Source: Polyangiales bacterium (GTDB taxonomy: Bacteria > Myxococcota_A > Polyangia > Polyangiales > Polyangiaceae). Taken from it: 64,000 bases of DNA. The stretch is taken from positions 146,200-210,199 of the forward strand of contig JBBRNJ010000004.1 of the NCBI GenBank assembly GCA_038230375.1, in the 5' to 3' direction. The notes under the pieces are model-generated. The model was given only the letters and a program-made list of their open reading frames with translations. It was not told where the DNA came from and did not search any database. Positions 8,914 through 18,649 of this stretch are shown here, piece by piece. The position numbers and the translations under genes were made by a program. Position 1 is the first letter of the stretch, and every line of letters begins with the position of its first letter.

Positions 8914-10497
8914 CTACTTCTTCAGCTCGTCGGTCACCAGCTGGATCTCTGCGGGAGAGAGCGAACGGAAGCGCGGGGGCGGCATCTTCCGGAACACGTC
9001 GGTCGGGAGCGATAGGCGATGGATCGCGAGGTCCTTCTCCTCACGGGTCATGTTCGCAAGGTCGTCGACGCGGAACTTCTCGCGCGTCTCGGACTGGTCA
9101 AGGTTCTTGTTGTGGCACTGCTGGCACTGCTGCACGAGGATCTGCGCGCCGGTGAGGCCAGCCGCTGGACGGAAGGACATGTCCGAAGCTGCCGAGTCCA
9201 GGAAGATGTCGCGGATGTCCATCATCTGCGCGGCGGGCGTGGAGCCCGCCATGACGGCCTTGTAGTTCGCGGCCGCGGCGGACAGCTTGGTCGGGTCGGT
9301 GACCTTGATGTCGTGGTACGGCGGCGGGATGTCGGACGCCGCCATGGACGCCTGATAGAGCTTGAGCCAGGTCGGCGAAGTTCCCATGGGCAGGTTGCTG
9401 GCCGGTTGGTTCGCGTTGACCTTCTGGACCTCGCTGAGGATCGTCTGCGTCGTGTACTCGTTGGGCTGGTTCTTGAAGCCCATGTTCTCGACAAGGCCTT
9501 CGAGCTGCGCGGGATCGGAGTTCGTGATCGCCGCGCCCGGGATGCCTGCGTACGCCTCGGTCGTGGGATGCGCCGTCGCGTAGTCGGCGAGCAGCACCTG
9601 GCCGTTCGTGCGGTTGTTCCGGAAGAAGTGACCCCACGGGTTCTGGAGCTCCTGCATGCGGAGGATCTTCTGCGTGCTGGGGCCGCCTGTCTGGTGGCAC
9701 TGCTGGCAGTCCAGGACGGTGTTCTTGATGTCGTTCTCGCTGTAGAGCGAGTACACGCCCGTGAAGTTCGTCTCCACGGACGGCGTGAGCACATCCGCGT
9801 TCGTGCAGCCCTGCGGCGTCGTGTCGCACGCATGCTCGAACTTGAAGATGAAGAAGTTGAGGGCGTTGCCGTTCGTGGGATCGTTCGAGACGAGCTCCAC
9901 GAACTGCTCACCGCGCACGAAGCCCATGGCCACGAAGCTCGCGAGCGCCTTCGGGTTGTTGACGCGCCCGGTGGACGGCGGCGGCGTGAAGATGATCGCG
10001 CGCGGGTTGATCGCGGTGACGAACTTGGTGACGAGCGACGACGAGTGTCCGGAGAGGACGAACCCGGGATTGCCGCCAGTGCCGTTGTTGTTGTTGCCGG
10101 ACTTGAAGTCCAGGCCGAGGAGCTTCTGGAGATCGACGAGGCTCTTGATCGCGGGCGGTGTGGCCGGCGTGCAGAACGCCTTCGACACGGCATCGCCAAG
10201 CTTGCGCGCGCAGAGGCTCGCGAGCTGCGTTTGCCCCTGCGGCAAGAAGAAGAGCGGATCCTTCACGGTGTCCAGGTTCAGGCCGCCGTCGCCGCCAGCG
10301 TCGGCGTTGCCGTTGCTGTTGTCGCCACCGCCTGGGTGGTTGCCACCGCCGTTCGTGGGAGTGCCTCCGTCATCGGTGCCGTTCGCCTGGTCGGCGTTCG
10401 CGCCGGGATCGCTGCCGACGCCACCGTCGCTGGAGCACGCCGCGATGGCGGCCGCTCCCACGATCGCCAAGAACCCAAGGACCTTTTTCCCAACCAT
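8914..10497 (-). CDS. Diheme c-type cytochrome lipoprotein of unknown function
   Basis: AIAAC lipobox; two CQQCH heme-binding motifs; candidate distal Met in KMPP. Confidence 0.7.
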   Translation of the reverse strand: MVGKKVLGFLAIVGAAAIAACSSDGGVGSDPGANADQANGTDDGGTPTNGGGNHPGGGDNSNGNADAGGDGGLNLDTVKDPLFFLPQGQTQLASLCARKLGDAVSKAFCTPATPPAIKSLVDLQKLLGLDFKSGNNNNGTGGNPGFVLSGHSSSLVTKFVTAINPRAIIFTPPPSTGRVNNPKALASFVAMGFVRGEQFVELVSNDPTNGNALNFFIFKFEHACDTTPQGCTNADVLTPSVETNFTGVYSLYSENDIKNTVLDCQQCHQTGGPSTQKILRMQELQNPWGHFFRNNRTNGQVLLADYATAHPTTEAYAGIPGAAITNSDPAQLEGLVENMGFKNQPNEYTTQTILSEVQKVNANQPASNLPMGTSPTWLKLYQASMAASDIPPPYHDIKVTDPTKLSAAAANYKAVMAGSTPAAQMMDIRDIFLDSAASDMSFRPAAGLTGAQILVQQCQQCHNKNLDQSETREKFRVDDLANMTREEKDLAIHRLSLPTDVFRKMPPPRFRSLSPAEIQLVTDELKK

Positions 10498-10509
10498 GAT
10501 CGTCTGCTC

Positions 10510-10525
10510 TGCAAGCCCTCGGCCA
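10510..10525 (-). promoter_or_regulatory. Putative sigma-54 promoter (near-leaderless)
   Basis: TGGCCGAGGGCTTGCA = GG-N10-GC, with the -12 C 14 nt before ATG 10497. Confidence 0.65.
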
Positions 10526-10687
10526 GCGGTTGGCCCGCTCCGCGGACCGGAATTGAACCAAATTCAACGGCTGCGACACCGCACCCACGGGTAGATGGAG
10601 AGCAGGGATGGTTCACGGATGCCTCTGGGACGGGGTGGGATGTCGCGCGTGGGCGACAGCTGCCAACTGATCTATCGTGGAGCCACC

Positions 10688-13600
10688 ATGCGCGCCCACA
10701 TCGTATTTCCTGCGTTGCTCGTCTCGCTCGGCATTGGCGGATGCAAGGACGATCCGAAGCCGAACCCCACGCCCGCGTCGCAGCCGTCGCTCTCCGCGTC
10801 CAGCGTGCCCGCACCGACAATGGACACGCGCTTCCTGGACGACGCAGCGAAGCGCGTGCTCGTGGAGATCGCGACGCTGGAGACAACGAAGGACGTGACG
10901 TGCTGGACCAGCTTCCGTCAGCTCGACTCGTTCATCTCGTCGGGCCAGTACTCGAACTTCGCGGTGCTCGCGAAGATCACCGCGGTGAAGGCGCTCTTGC
11001 GCGCAGCGTGGGAGAAGGCGTCGAACGGCACCAAGGCAGCGGAGCTCGGGCCGGACGACTTCAAGATCGCGACCGACGTCACGCTGGACCCCACGAAGAA
11101 AGACAAGCTCGCGTCGTTCGCGACGGACCTGGGCATGAAGGCGTACAAGGACTACCGCACCACCAGCGAGCACTGGCGCGTGGTGCTGTCGGTCATCTCG
11201 GACGAGATCGCGACGTCTGGCAAGGGAACCAACCTGCGGCCGATCGGGAAGGACGGCCTGCCGGCGTTCGCGGAGCTTGCAACGCGGCTCTCGCTCGCGG
11301 TGCTGCAGGCGTCGGGGGAGCTCGCGCGTGACGAGCGCTCTCCTCTGATCGAAGGCACGCACGTGAAGCGCGCGCACGCCGACCTCTCGAAGAAGCTCGG
11401 TCTCGTGAACGCCGAGCGAACGCCCGCGCCCTTGCCAGAGGTCGATATCGTCGCGCGCCTTTCACCGCTCACGAAGACGCTCGTCGACGGAAAGATCACC
11501 GCGCTGCAGACGTTCAACAAGGACTCGAAGGACCTGGTCACCGATCTGAACCGGGTCACACCGAAGATGCCCGTGACCAAGGAGGCGCTCGACGTGTGGA
11601 CGAAGGACCTCCAGTCGTTCACGCACTTCGTCGCCGGCGGGTACGAGCCCATGCAGGCAGACAACTTCCTGGCCGACGGCAACTTCGCGCCGAAGGACCA
11701 GCCGCGCCAGGCGTACGTGGACGCGGCGCGCGCGGAGAACATCACGCTGCAGCTCTTCCCGCACGTGATCATGCCGAACGGCGATGTGAAGGTGCGGTTC
11801 GAGCCGAACCCGGGCGCTCCTGCCGACAAGCCGCGGAAGGCCTACGACGAGCTGATGCTCGACTACCAGCAGAACGCAGTGCGCGACACCGCATGGCACT
11901 GGCTCCTGATGCAGAACGTCTGGAAGGAGCGCGCGTTCGCGATGGATCCGTTCGCCTCGGAGTACGTGAGCGAGATCCTCTCCGTGATGATCACGCACTA
12001 CCTGGTGCGCGGCGCCGAGCTCGCGAAGGCCGCAAACAAGAAGACGATCGATGCGGACATCGCGAAGAAGGTGCGCGACCGCGACTACGTGATGGTGATG
12101 CCGCGGAGCGACGAGTCCAAGGCGTGGACCCCGGAGCAGTGGAAGAAGAAGGACGCCGTCCTCGCCGCATATCCGAAGACGCTTTTCACAGACGTCAGCG
12201 CGAAATCGGGCCTTCCCACCGTGGCCCCGAAGGTCCCGGAGAAGGCGACAGGATTCGACATCCAGGAGGCGATGGGCTCTGGCATCGCGGTGGGGGACGT
12301 GAACGCGGACGGTTATCCGGATCTCTTCGTCGCAGGCGAAGGCATGGGCCGGCTCTACTTGAACAAGGGCAAGGACGCGCCCGGCACGTTCACCGACGCG
12401 ACCGCTGCGTGGAAGGTTCCCGAGGGGCTCGACGACTCGCACGGCGCGCTCTTCGCCGATCTGGACGGCGACGGCGCCGTGGATCTCCTGGTCGTACGCA
12501 GCGAGCATCCGTCGCTGCTGCTCAGGCAGGAGAACGGCGCGTTCACGGACACGGCCGGCAAGAGCGGCCTTGCCACGCACAACGGCGCGCACGTCGCGCA
12601 GGCATTCGACTACGACAAGGACGGCGACCTGGATATCTACGTCGCGTACTACGGCTCGGACGTTGCGAACCAGAAGCACGGCAAGAATCAGCCGAGCATG
12701 GACGGCAAGAACGGCAGCCCGCACCAGCTCGTCCAGCGCGGCGCAGACGGCCGGTACACGGAGGTGGGCGCGAAGGCCGGCGTGGCGGATGTGGGCTGGA
12801 CGCTCGCCACCACCGCGTTCGACTACGACAACGACGGCGATCAGGATCTCTTCCTGGCAAACGACTTCGGCGCGGACACGTTCTACCAGAACAACGGCGA
12901 CGGCACGTTCACCGACGTGTCAAAGGCCACGGACACCGCCGACCGCGGCAGCGGCATGAACGCCAGCATCACGGACGTGAACGGCGACGGCTTCTTCGAT
13001 CTCTATGTGTCCAACATCGACATGTTCTCGAAGAACATCAAGGTCATCTTTCCCACGGACGAGAGCACGATCACGAACATCGATCAGAAGCTGCAGCAGT
13101 CCTTCCAGTACCTGTCCGGCAACAAGCTCTTCGTGAACCCGGCCGACCCGAAGGGCAAGAAGCCGTGGAAGGCGGAGCAGGGCGCGCGCTTCGAGCCGGG
13201 TGATCGCGGCTGGGGCTGGGCGTCCATCTTCTTCGACTACGAGAACGACGGCGACGAGGACATGTACCTCTCCACCGGCTGGCTCGAGACCAGCTTCGCG
13301 TCGAACCAGAAGAAGCAGATGTTCATCGCGGACGACGGGACGTTCTACCTGGCGCCGCAGACATCACCGGAGGCGTTCGCGTCGAACGGCCGAGCCGCGG
13401 TCGCGGTGGACATCGATCGCGATGGCGATCAGGATCTCGTGCTCGCCAATTTCCGACAGCCGCCAAGCGTGTTCATGAACACGCAGGCCACGAAGAACCA
13501 CTGGGCGGGATTGCGGCTGCGAGGCAACGGCGCGAACACGAGGGCCGTGGGAGCGCGCGTCACGGTGACGGCGGGTGGGAAGAAGAAGATGCGGGAGCTG

Positions 13601-13759
13601 TCTGCGGGCAACGGCTACCTGGGGCAGATGGACGACGTGATCTACCTGGGCACCGGCGCGGACGCCGTGACGAGCGCGGTGGTGAAGTGGCCGGGAGGAG
13701 CGGAAGAGACCATCACGATCAAGGCGGATGCGATCACGGACGTCACGCAGAAGAAGTAG
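10688..13759 (+). CDS. CRTAC1-family (FG-GAP repeats + ASPIC/UnbV) lipoprotein with N-terminal histone-fold-like region
   Basis: LGIGGC lipobox; repeated DxxxDGxxD Ca-binding loops; C-terminal GANTRAVGARVTV..GNGYLGQ..VKWPGG; helical N-terminal half includes GAELAKAANKKTIDAD. Confidence 0.85.
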   Translation: MRAHIVFPALLVSLGIGGCKDDPKPNPTPASQPSLSASSVPAPTMDTRFLDDAAKRVLVEIATLETTKDVTCWTSFRQLDSFISSGQYSNFAVLAKITAVKALLRAAWEKASNGTKAAELGPDDFKIATDVTLDPTKKDKLASFATDLGMKAYKDYRTTSEHWRVVLSVISDEIATSGKGTNLRPIGKDGLPAFAELATRLSLAVLQASGELARDERSPLIEGTHVKRAHADLSKKLGLVNAERTPAPLPEVDIVARLSPLTKTLVDGKITALQTFNKDSKDLVTDLNRVTPKMPVTKEALDVWTKDLQSFTHFVAGGYEPMQADNFLADGNFAPKDQPRQAYVDAARAENITLQLFPHVIMPNGDVKVRFEPNPGAPADKPRKAYDELMLDYQQNAVRDTAWHWLLMQNVWKERAFAMDPFASEYVSEILSVMITHYLVRGAELAKAANKKTIDADIAKKVRDRDYVMVMPRSDESKAWTPEQWKKKDAVLAAYPKTLFTDVSAKSGLPTVAPKVPEKATGFDIQEAMGSGIAVGDVNADGYPDLFVAGEGMGRLYLNKGKDAPGTFTDATAAWKVPEGLDDSHGALFADLDGDGAVDLLVVRSEHPSLLLRQENGAFTDTAGKSGLATHNGAHVAQAFDYDKDGDLDIYVAYYGSDVANQKHGKNQPSMDGKNGSPHQLVQRGADGRYTEVGAKAGVADVGWTLATTAFDYDNDGDQDLFLANDFGADTFYQNNGDGTFTDVSKATDTADRGSGMNASITDVNGDGFFDLYVSNIDMFSKNIKVIFPTDESTITNIDQKLQQSFQYLSGNKLFVNPADPKGKKPWKAEQGARFEPGDRGWGWASIFFDYENDGDEDMYLSTGWLETSFASNQKKQMFIADDGTFYLAPQTSPEAFASNGRAAVAVDIDRDGDQDLVLANFRQPPSVFMNTQATKNHWAGLRLRGNGANTRAVGARVTVTAGGKKKMRELSAGNGYLGQMDDVIYLGTGADAVTSAVVKWPGGAEETITIKADAITDVTQKK

Positions 13760-13767
13760 GACGAAGC

Positions 13768-14970
13768 TCAGTGGACGCCGGGGCCCATGACTGTGGGGCA
13801 GCCAATGTTGATCGAGACCTTGCCCTTCGGATCCGCTTTCACCGTGTCGCAGGACATTCCGTGCAGGGTCACCGACCTGGGATCTGCCGGGTTGTCGTAC
13901 GTCCAGCCGTTGCCCATGTCCTGGCCCACGACCACGTTCATTCCAGCGCCGTTCGTGAACACCACGTTGACCTTCGACGGATCGATCGCGCCGCCGTCGG
14001 GGCGGTCCAGCGTGAAGGTGCACGACGCGAGCTGACCGCGGATGGTGTTGATCGCATCCACGAACGACTTTGTGAGCGCGGCGACGCTTGCGGAGGCCGC
14101 CGGATCCACCTCGAAGTAGCAGACGCTGGCCAGGTTCTTGTTCTCGGTCGGATTGCAGCCCGCCGGTGCCGCGCCGCCCGCCACGGCGACCTGACCCAGG
14201 AAGGAGGGATCGAAGTTGCCCGTGTTGTTGGAGGGAAAATTGCCGACCCCCACCACGAACGTGGTGATGGGACCCGCGGGGCCCGTCTTCGCGAGCTCGC
14301 CGGCGACGAGCGTGACGTCCTGCTTCGTCGTGCTATCCGTGGGCACGCCGTCGGTCATCAACACGAGCACCTTCTTGCCGTTCGGTTGCAGCAAACCCGA
14401 CGGCGTGAAGGCCTCGAGCTCGCTGTACGCGCCAGTGAGCGCCTTGTTCGTCGGCGTCCCCGCGGACGGGTTCTCCTTGTCGATGCGCTTGTGCAGCGCC
14501 GCAGCCTGCGTTGCATCCACGAACGCGATCGACACGTCCTTGTTGGACGGATAGGGACCACCACCGCCCGTGGGGTCATTCTGATCGGAGAAGGCGATGA
14601 GCCCGATCCCGAACGAAGGATCGTTGCTCTTCTGGATGTCGTCGAAGATGGAGTCGAGCGCCGGGACCACCGCGTTCCATTTGTTCTGCTGGCCCATGCT
14701 GCCGGAGCCGTCCAGGACGATGAGCATGTACACCGGCTGTCGGGAAGCGGCGGCCGTCGCCGTTGCGCACGAGGCATCGAGCAGTCCACCGCCTCCGTCA
14801 GAGCCGCCGCCGTCCGTCACGCCGAAGTGGTTGATGGGACCGCCGTCGCCCTCGGTGCCAATGCCGCTGTCGTCGTCCGCATGAGGATCCGTTGGCGAGC
14901 TGCCACATCCAGGGCCCGCCAGGAGCCCGGCGACAGCGAACGACACGACCGCGTACGAGAGCTTTCGCAT
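13768..14970 (-). CDS. von Willebrand factor A domain lipoprotein (myxobacterial type)
   Basis: Lipobox GPGC; MIDAS motif DGSGSM, GTPT, LMTDGVP; Cys-containing C-terminus (GWTYD..GCPT). Confidence 0.85.
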   Translation of the reverse strand: MRKLSYAVVSFAVAGLLAGPGCGSSPTDPHADDDSGIGTEGDGGPINHFGVTDGGGSDGGGGLLDASCATATAAASRQPVYMLIVLDGSGSMGQQNKWNAVVPALDSIFDDIQKSNDPSFGIGLIAFSDQNDPTGGGGPYPSNKDVSIAFVDATQAAALHKRIDKENPSAGTPTNKALTGAYSELEAFTPSGLLQPNGKKVLVLMTDGVPTDSTTKQDVTLVAGELAKTGPAGPITTFVVGVGNFPSNNTGNFDPSFLGQVAVAGGAAPAGCNPTENKNLASVCYFEVDPAASASVAALTKSFVDAINTIRGQLASCTFTLDRPDGGAIDPSKVNVVFTNGAGMNVVVGQDMGNGWTYDNPADPRSVTLHGMSCDTVKADPKGKVSINIGCPTVMGPGVH

Positions 14971-14981
14971 GCACGGTGTGT

Positions 14982-14997
14982 AGCAACCGTGGTGCCA
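14982..14997 (-). promoter_or_regulatory. Putative sigma-54 promoter (leaderless)
   Basis: TGGCACCACGGTTGCT, close to consensus TGGCAC-N5-TTGC; -12 C lies 13 nt before ATG 14970. Confidence 0.75.
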
Positions 14998-15128
14998 CAC
15001 AAAACAGCTCAGAAACCCCGGAAATTCGGCCCCTTCCCGTCCAGTTGCGCAATGCCATTCCGTGCCAGAGCCGTCCTCCGTGGTCAGGGCCCAGGCTCCG
15101 TTGGCATTGTCAGTGGTATTCTTCGGGC

Positions 15129-16871
15129 ATGATCACGCCAGCGGGCGCGAAGAGGGGCCCTCCGACAGCGCCCCCGCTCCTGGCGTATGAAGCGCGCATC
15201 GTCGACATCGTCGTGCGCCCAAGCAAAGAGGAAGCCTCCGCCTTCGAGCGCGAATCGATCGAAGCGGTCGTCGCCGGGAAGAAGAAGTCGTTCGCGTCGT
15301 GGACGACCGGCCTTGGCGACGAAGGCCTGGCGATCTTCAATCGCATGCCGTCAACCGCATGGTGGGTGCGCGCGTACGACCTGGAGAAGCTCCTCGTTCA
15401 CTGGGGGCTCCGCGCCCTTCCGGGGATCGTCGCGTGCGGTGCGGGCGCGCCGTCGGAGACCGTGCCGGTCGCGGCGCACATCGACTCCCCGCAGATCGCT
15501 CCGATGATGGCCGAGGCATATGGCCGTCTCCCGAAGCAGCGTGCCCAGGGCGAGAAGTGGCTCTTCGAGTTCCCGGAAGCGGCGGCGATCGGGCTCGTAC
15601 CGGCGGCGGCATACGGTCGCGGCAACGCGAAGAAGTTCGCCGAGGGCGGGCTCGCACGATTGGTCGACGGTGGCCGCGGCTCGGTGGTGCGCGACGTGAT
15701 CGCGCGCTATGGTCTCGACGACGCGCTCTCGGCGCTCTTCGCCAGCGCTGAAAAGAACGGGGCGCCAGCGAGGACGCGGCCGTCGGTCGACACGGACGCA
15801 GAGGTGCGCGAGCTCGAAGCGATCCTCCGTCGCGCGACGCCGAACACGGCCGCGTACGAGCGCCTCGATCGCCTGGTTCACGTCGACAGCGATCGTGCGC
15901 TCTTCGCCATCGCGGAGCTCTCGAAGCACGCCCGCTCACGGCCGCTCCGCCGCGCGGCCGCGAAGTGCCTCGCCGCGGCGCGCGTACGGCGATCCATCTC
16001 CGAAGAGGATCTCGCGCTCCGCATGATCCCAAGGCTCGGCCTCGACGCGCCCGAGTTCAAGGTGGGAGCGGCCAGTCATCGTTTCGCGGCGACCACGGAG
16101 CTCGCACCGGCGATCGTGAGCGCCGACGGCACGCGCGCAACCAAGCTTCCCCGCGGCGCGCCCGAGGCCCTGAAGAAGCGATTCGACTTGCTCAAGAAGG
16201 AGCTGCGGACGATCGGCACGGCGCTTCGCTCTCGGCTCGAGCTTCGGATGATCTCGGGCGACACGTGGTCGAAGGACGCATTTTTGGAGCACGTCGTCGG
16301 TCACCCGGTGCTCGTCGAGATCGCGCGCGGCCTCGTATTCTCCGCCGACGGCGTGCTGTTTCGGGTGACGGAGGACACGACGCTGGCGAGCGAAGACGAT
16401 CGCACCATCGAGCTCTCCGCCAACGCGCGCGTGACGATCGTCCATCCGCTCGACGCGAGCCCCGAGACGCTGAAGCAGTGGGCCGACCGCTTCGGCGACT
16501 ACGAGATCTTGCAGCCGTTTCCCCAGCTCGGTCGCGAGCACGCGAACGTCGTTGCTACGGGCAATCGCATTCCATCACTCGAGGGCGTGTCGCTCCCGAG
16601 CGGGCAGCTGCTCGGCCTCGAGCGACGCGGCTGGCAGCGCGGGCACATCGATCACGGACCGACGCTCGAGTCGATGCAGCGCGCGTTGCCAAGCCTGTTC
16701 GCTGAGGTCTGCTTTCAACCGGGAATTCGGCTCGATTCCGTGGACGCGGACGAGCCGCAGCGAATCCTACGCGTGGACGTGCGGGGACCCTCCGGCGAAA
16801 CCGGCGAAGGCGCACCGCCCCCTTCGCGCCGCGCCCTGAGCGAGATCGTGCGCGACCTGGGCCTCGCGTGA
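15129..16871 (+). CDS. DUF4132 domain protein
   Basis: RLELRMISG..W..F..HP....ARGLVF, FRVTEDTTL, IVHPLD, WADRFGDYEILQPFPQLGRE, SEIVRDL motifs. Confidence 0.75.
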   Translation: MITPAGAKRGPPTAPPLLAYEARIVDIVVRPSKEEASAFERESIEAVVAGKKKSFASWTTGLGDEGLAIFNRMPSTAWWVRAYDLEKLLVHWGLRALPGIVACGAGAPSETVPVAAHIDSPQIAPMMAEAYGRLPKQRAQGEKWLFEFPEAAAIGLVPAAAYGRGNAKKFAEGGLARLVDGGRGSVVRDVIARYGLDDALSALFASAEKNGAPARTRPSVDTDAEVRELEAILRRATPNTAAYERLDRLVHVDSDRALFAIAELSKHARSRPLRRAAAKCLAAARVRRSISEEDLALRMIPRLGLDAPEFKVGAASHRFAATTELAPAIVSADGTRATKLPRGAPEALKKRFDLLKKELRTIGTALRSRLELRMISGDTWSKDAFLEHVVGHPVLVEIARGLVFSADGVLFRVTEDTTLASEDDRTIELSANARVTIVHPLDASPETLKQWADRFGDYEILQPFPQLGREHANVVATGNRIPSLEGVSLPSGQLLGLERRGWQRGHIDHGPTLESMQRALPSLFAEVCFQPGIRLDSVDADEPQRILRVDVRGPSGETGEGAPPPSRRALSEIVRDLGLA

Positions 16872-16890
16872 GCCGCCAAGCTCACCGCAG

Positions 16891-17484
16891 CTGGTCTTCT
16901 TCGCCATCCTCGGCGGCGTGCCGAACCAGCTCCTGCATTTCGACCCCACAAATCCTGCAGCGTCGAAGCTCACGTCCGCCGACTGGAAGAAGATCCTCGG
17001 CAACGATCCGGGCGCGTACGACTACGCCGGCATCGACCCGCACATGATCCAGTCGATCACACCGCGTGCGGGTTTGCCTGCGCCCAGCGCCACGAGCGGC
17101 GACAACGGCACGGACCCGGTCCACGGCCGCGAGTGGGACAACAAGGGCAACGACTTGCAGTATGCATGCACCTTCCCGCTGCCCACACCCGCGACCTGCC
17201 CGAAGGCGGGGGACGCCACGTGCGGTGACTGCGACGGCACCAGGAACCCGCCCCTCTGCGGAGCGAACGCGCTCCAGCAGGTCCGCGCGAAGTCCTACCC
17301 GACGGTGCGCCAGCTTCGGGTCGCGCACGGCCTGGGCGACCAGGGGATCGCCGCCTCGATCTGCACGCGGACGGTGAACCTGGACGGCGTCACGCCCGAG
17401 CCCGAGCCAGGCAATCCGCTCTATGGATACCGGCCCGCGGTGAAGAGCATCGTCGACCACATGATGCCTGCGCTCACGCCCTGA
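16891..17484 (+). pseudogene. 5'-truncated fragment of a large Cys-rich myxobacterial extracellular protein
   Basis: Frame LVFFAILGGVPNQLL..GREW..DLQYACTFPL..AKSYP..GIAASIC..GYRPAV reads like the C-terminal part of a larger protein; no signal peptide, no convincing start or RBS. Confidence 0.5.
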
Positions 17485-17517
17485 ATTCCGGAGGAGAACC
17501 GTCGCGGTGGCGTCGAG

Positions 17518-18498
17518 TCAGCTGGCCGACCCCTTCGAGGCGCCCATCGCGCGGAGCTCGCGAACGCCGCGTCCGGTCTTCTTCCGGAGCAGGGTGCGGA
17601 GCGTGACGCCGTCGCCGTAGCCAACGGCTGCCGCGATCTGCTCGATCGAGTCGGTTGTCGTGGAGAGCCGGTGAACGGCCGCCTCCACGCGAAGGTCCTG
17701 GACGTACGAGAGCGGCGTCTTGCCCAGCACCTGTCGCATGCGCCGCTCCAGCGTGCGTTCGCTTGCGCCGACGTTGCGCGCTGCGTCGGCGAGAGAGAAA
17801 TCGTCAAGGTGTCGATGCGCCCACTTCTCGAATCGCTCGACGAGCGGGTCAGCGTGGGCAAGGTGATCCGGCATCGCGTACTGGGCCTGCGAAGGGCGGG
17901 TATCGAAGAGAAGGTAGCGCGCGGTCGCCTGCGCGAGGGCAGGGCTCCGCTGACGCACCAGCCAGAGCGACAGATCGACATGCGCCAGCGCAGCGCCCGC
18001 CGTCACGACCCGCGACGACTGGACGATCATGCGCGACTCGTCGAGTGCCACGCCGGGGAATCGCTCGCGGAACAGCGGCGAGAGCCACCACGTAGTCGTC
18101 GCCTGGCCACCGTCAAGGATACCGGACAGCGCGATCACGAACGTCGCCGTGCACGCGCCAGCGACGCGCGAGCCAGCCTTTGTCCACGTGCGGAGGAGAT
18201 CGGCGGCCTCGGCCACATCACGACGTTCGAGCGCCTGGAGCACGGTGTCGCGGGTCTTGCAGCCGAGCGCGGGAACGATCACGACGTCGGGACGCGGCCC
18301 CTCGAGCACCGGCTCGACCGGGACCTTCAGGCCGTGGCTCGTGGTCACGGTTCGGCGAAGACCGCACAGCTTCACCTCGTATCGGCTCGACTTGCGCGCA
18401 AATTCGGGCGCGAGATCGTTCGCCGTGGCGAGGGTGTCGAGAACCACGGAGAGGCCAGTGTCGAAGACGCCGTCGAGCACGAGGACCGAAACGAGCAT
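17518..18498 (-). CDS. GlxA-family AraC transcriptional regulator (DJ-1/PfpI + HTH)
   Basis: ACTATF, ATTTWW, VVTAGAA, SERTLERR, IEQIAAAVGY. Confidence 0.9.
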   Translation of the reverse strand: MLVSVLVLDGVFDTGLSVVLDTLATANDLAPEFARKSSRYEVKLCGLRRTVTTSHGLKVPVEPVLEGPRPDVVIVPALGCKTRDTVLQALERRDVAEAADLLRTWTKAGSRVAGACTATFVIALSGILDGGQATTTWWLSPLFRERFPGVALDESRMIVQSSRVVTAGAALAHVDLSLWLVRQRSPALAQATARYLLFDTRPSQAQYAMPDHLAHADPLVERFEKWAHRHLDDFSLADAARNVGASERTLERRMRQVLGKTPLSYVQDLRVEAAVHRLSTTTDSIEQIAAAVGYGDGVTLRTLLRKKTGRGVRELRAMGASKGSAS

Positions 18499-18521
18499 GT
18501 CTCGACGGTAGCACCGCAATC

Positions 18522-18621
18522 GATAGCGAAATCGCCGCCAACGCTAGCGATTACGCCAGTGGCGAGATCGCTATCAAAGTTGGCGGGGCCGCCACTGACG
18601 GATCTCCGCGCCGTCGCTATC
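18522..18621. promoter_or_regulatory. Repeated operator-like motif between the divergent regulator and monooxygenase
   Basis: GATAGCGAAATCGCC (18522-36) is nearly inverted to GGCGAGATCGCTATC (18561-75); further copies TAGCGATTACGCC (18545) and TCGCTATC (ending 18621). Confidence 0.55.
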
Positions 18622-18649
18622 TTCAAGGCTCGAAAGTGAGGTCATCATC

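Noticed and set aside
9019..11331. Long alternative-frame ORFs (e.g. 770 aa here, also 43803-45338 and 56485-58524)
   Set aside because: Antisense or shifted shadows of real genes, expected in high-GC DNA; Arg/Ala/His-rich with no motifs.
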